A stretch of 56,051 nt of DNA from assembly GCA_964555515.1 (NCBI GenBank), contig CAZKSJ010000003.1, positions 6,486 through 62,536 of the forward strand, read 5' to 3'. The first letter of the stretch is position 1. Each line of letters starts with the position of its first letter. This stretch comes from an uncultured Pseudomonadales bacterium (GTDB lineage Bacteria > Patescibacteriota > Microgenomatia > UBA1400 > PJMF01). A program made the translations under genes and the position numbers. This document shows, piece by piece, positions 55,213 through 56,051 of this stretch. Under the pieces are notes generated by a model. The model searched no databases. It had not been told where the DNA came from and saw only the letters and a program-made list of their open reading frames with translations.

Positions 55213-55892
55213 GACAGAGCCGCCATGCGCGTTGTGAGTGTTGCCACATCATCACCGGTGAGGGTTGTCGAGAATACAGCTAACGCAGCAATTTTTCCCT
55301 TGAACCCATAACCTCTGGAATTGCCGTCTCCTACCCAGATGTCATTTGCGATATTTGTTTCAGATGATGGAATCGTACCTGGCTCCGGTGAACCGTTGAG
55401 GTATGCCTTATTGCCAGCTATTCCAATTACATACATTGTATTAGGAGCAATAGCTGTTGTTCCACCTATTGCGTCGTAATAACGTCCATTTACATACCAG
55501 ACCACATCACCATAACCGTCCCAAATTTCTACGTGGAATCCCGTAAAATCACCAGAAAAATTGATAACTCCAAACGGAGCATGGGCGTAAGTTTTCACAA
55601 CATCCGTAATCCGCACAAAAGTCGACATATTGCGATTCGTGCCCGGAATAATGCCGGACGACAGATATTGAGTGCCGTCAAATTCCCATCCGTAGCTGGT
55701 ATCGAACACAGGCGCAACCAACTCCACAAGGTTATATGTACCTGGATTCGCTAGATTAATATAACTATCCTCTAGTGATAATGCGCCTATCGGCTGATAC
55801 GCCGCCACGCAAGTTTGGCCGTCCACCTCCCACCAGTTCGCAGATGTCCCCGCCGCGTGGCTGGCAGCGGCCATCATCCTTGCCCCAAGCAT
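55209..55892 (-). CDS. LamG-like protein with MLGARMMAAA tag (putative adhesin tip D)
   Basis: Paralogue of 3693..4409 (WW.V.G.TC.AAY, NLANPGTY, GW.FDG, L.TRMAAL); GAGGA RBS; no signal peptide. Confidence 0.82.
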   Translation of the reverse strand: MLGARMMAAASHAAGTSANWWEVDGQTCVAAYQPIGALSLEDSYINLANPGTYNLVELVAPVFDTSYGWEFDGTQYLSSGIIPGTNRNMSTFVRITDVVKTYAHAPFGVINFSGDFTGFHVEIWDGYGDVVWYVNGRYYDAIGGTTAIAPNTMYVIGIAGNKAYLNGSPEPGTIPSSETNIANDIWVGDGNSRGYGFKGKIAALAVFSTTLTGDDVATLTTRMAALS

Positions 55893-56000
55893 ATCATTAT
55901 CCTCAATTTATCAAGATTTACTGAATTTCAGTATGTATAACATATGAGGAGAGTCTGTTCAATATCAGTAAATTATTAATTAATTCACGTAAACTTGCTT

Positions 56001-56029
56001 TTGACATCTTGAGCAGGTTGCCTTATATT
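56001..56029 (+). promoter_or_regulatory. Sigma70-type promoter for a gene beyond the window
   Basis: TTGACA-N17-TATATT. Confidence 0.55.
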
Positions 56030-56051
56030 GGCGGAACTAAAAAATCATCAT

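Noticed and set aside
3693-55892. Diversity-generating retroelement acting on the lectin genes
   Set aside because: No reverse transcriptase and no near-identical TR/VR pair differing at adenines is visible in this window; cannot exclude one elsewhere

Overview
Chromosomal segment of a reduced-genome bacterium, most likely CPR/Patescibacteria (Microgenomates-like). This is inferred from the Zn-finger-less DnaJ, N-terminally truncated IF2, absence of rimP/rbfA/truB/ribF from the nusA-infB-rpsO-pnp region, DUF5671-type proteins and many leaderless genes. Housekeeping blocks: dnaJ with a CIRCE operator; nusA-infB-rpsO...pnp with putative structured leaders; Mn-type sodA; and a suf cluster (sufC, intein-containing sufB, sufD, sufS, sufU) interleaved with two NUDIX genes, an AbiEii-type TA pair, a methyltransferase, yjjX and a flavin reductase. 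Much of the rest encodes surface structures: a WxL/DUF916-like operon, a 1128-aa trimeric fibre-like protein, and a 2648-aa adhesin with six LamG domains. The most striking candidate for an undescribed system is at 3.7-9.5 kb, with an outlying member at 55.2-55.9 kb. A minimal tatA-tatC pair (tatA is missing from the ORF track) sits with (i) a 60-aa gene that is essentially only a Tat-like signal peptide plus a Tyr-Gly tail, (ii) a signal-less, phage-tail-fibre-like mini-protein, (iii) four signal-less lectin-like proteins sharing an MLGARMMAA-type N-terminal tag, and (iv) a membrane-anchored stalk whose mature N-terminus carries the same Tyr-Gly motif three times. My inference is a domesticated tail-fibre/swappable-adhesin system exported by Tat hitch-hiking. 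No rRNA, tRNA, CRISPR array or intact transposase was seen. All family assignments are from motif recognition by eye, not database searches.
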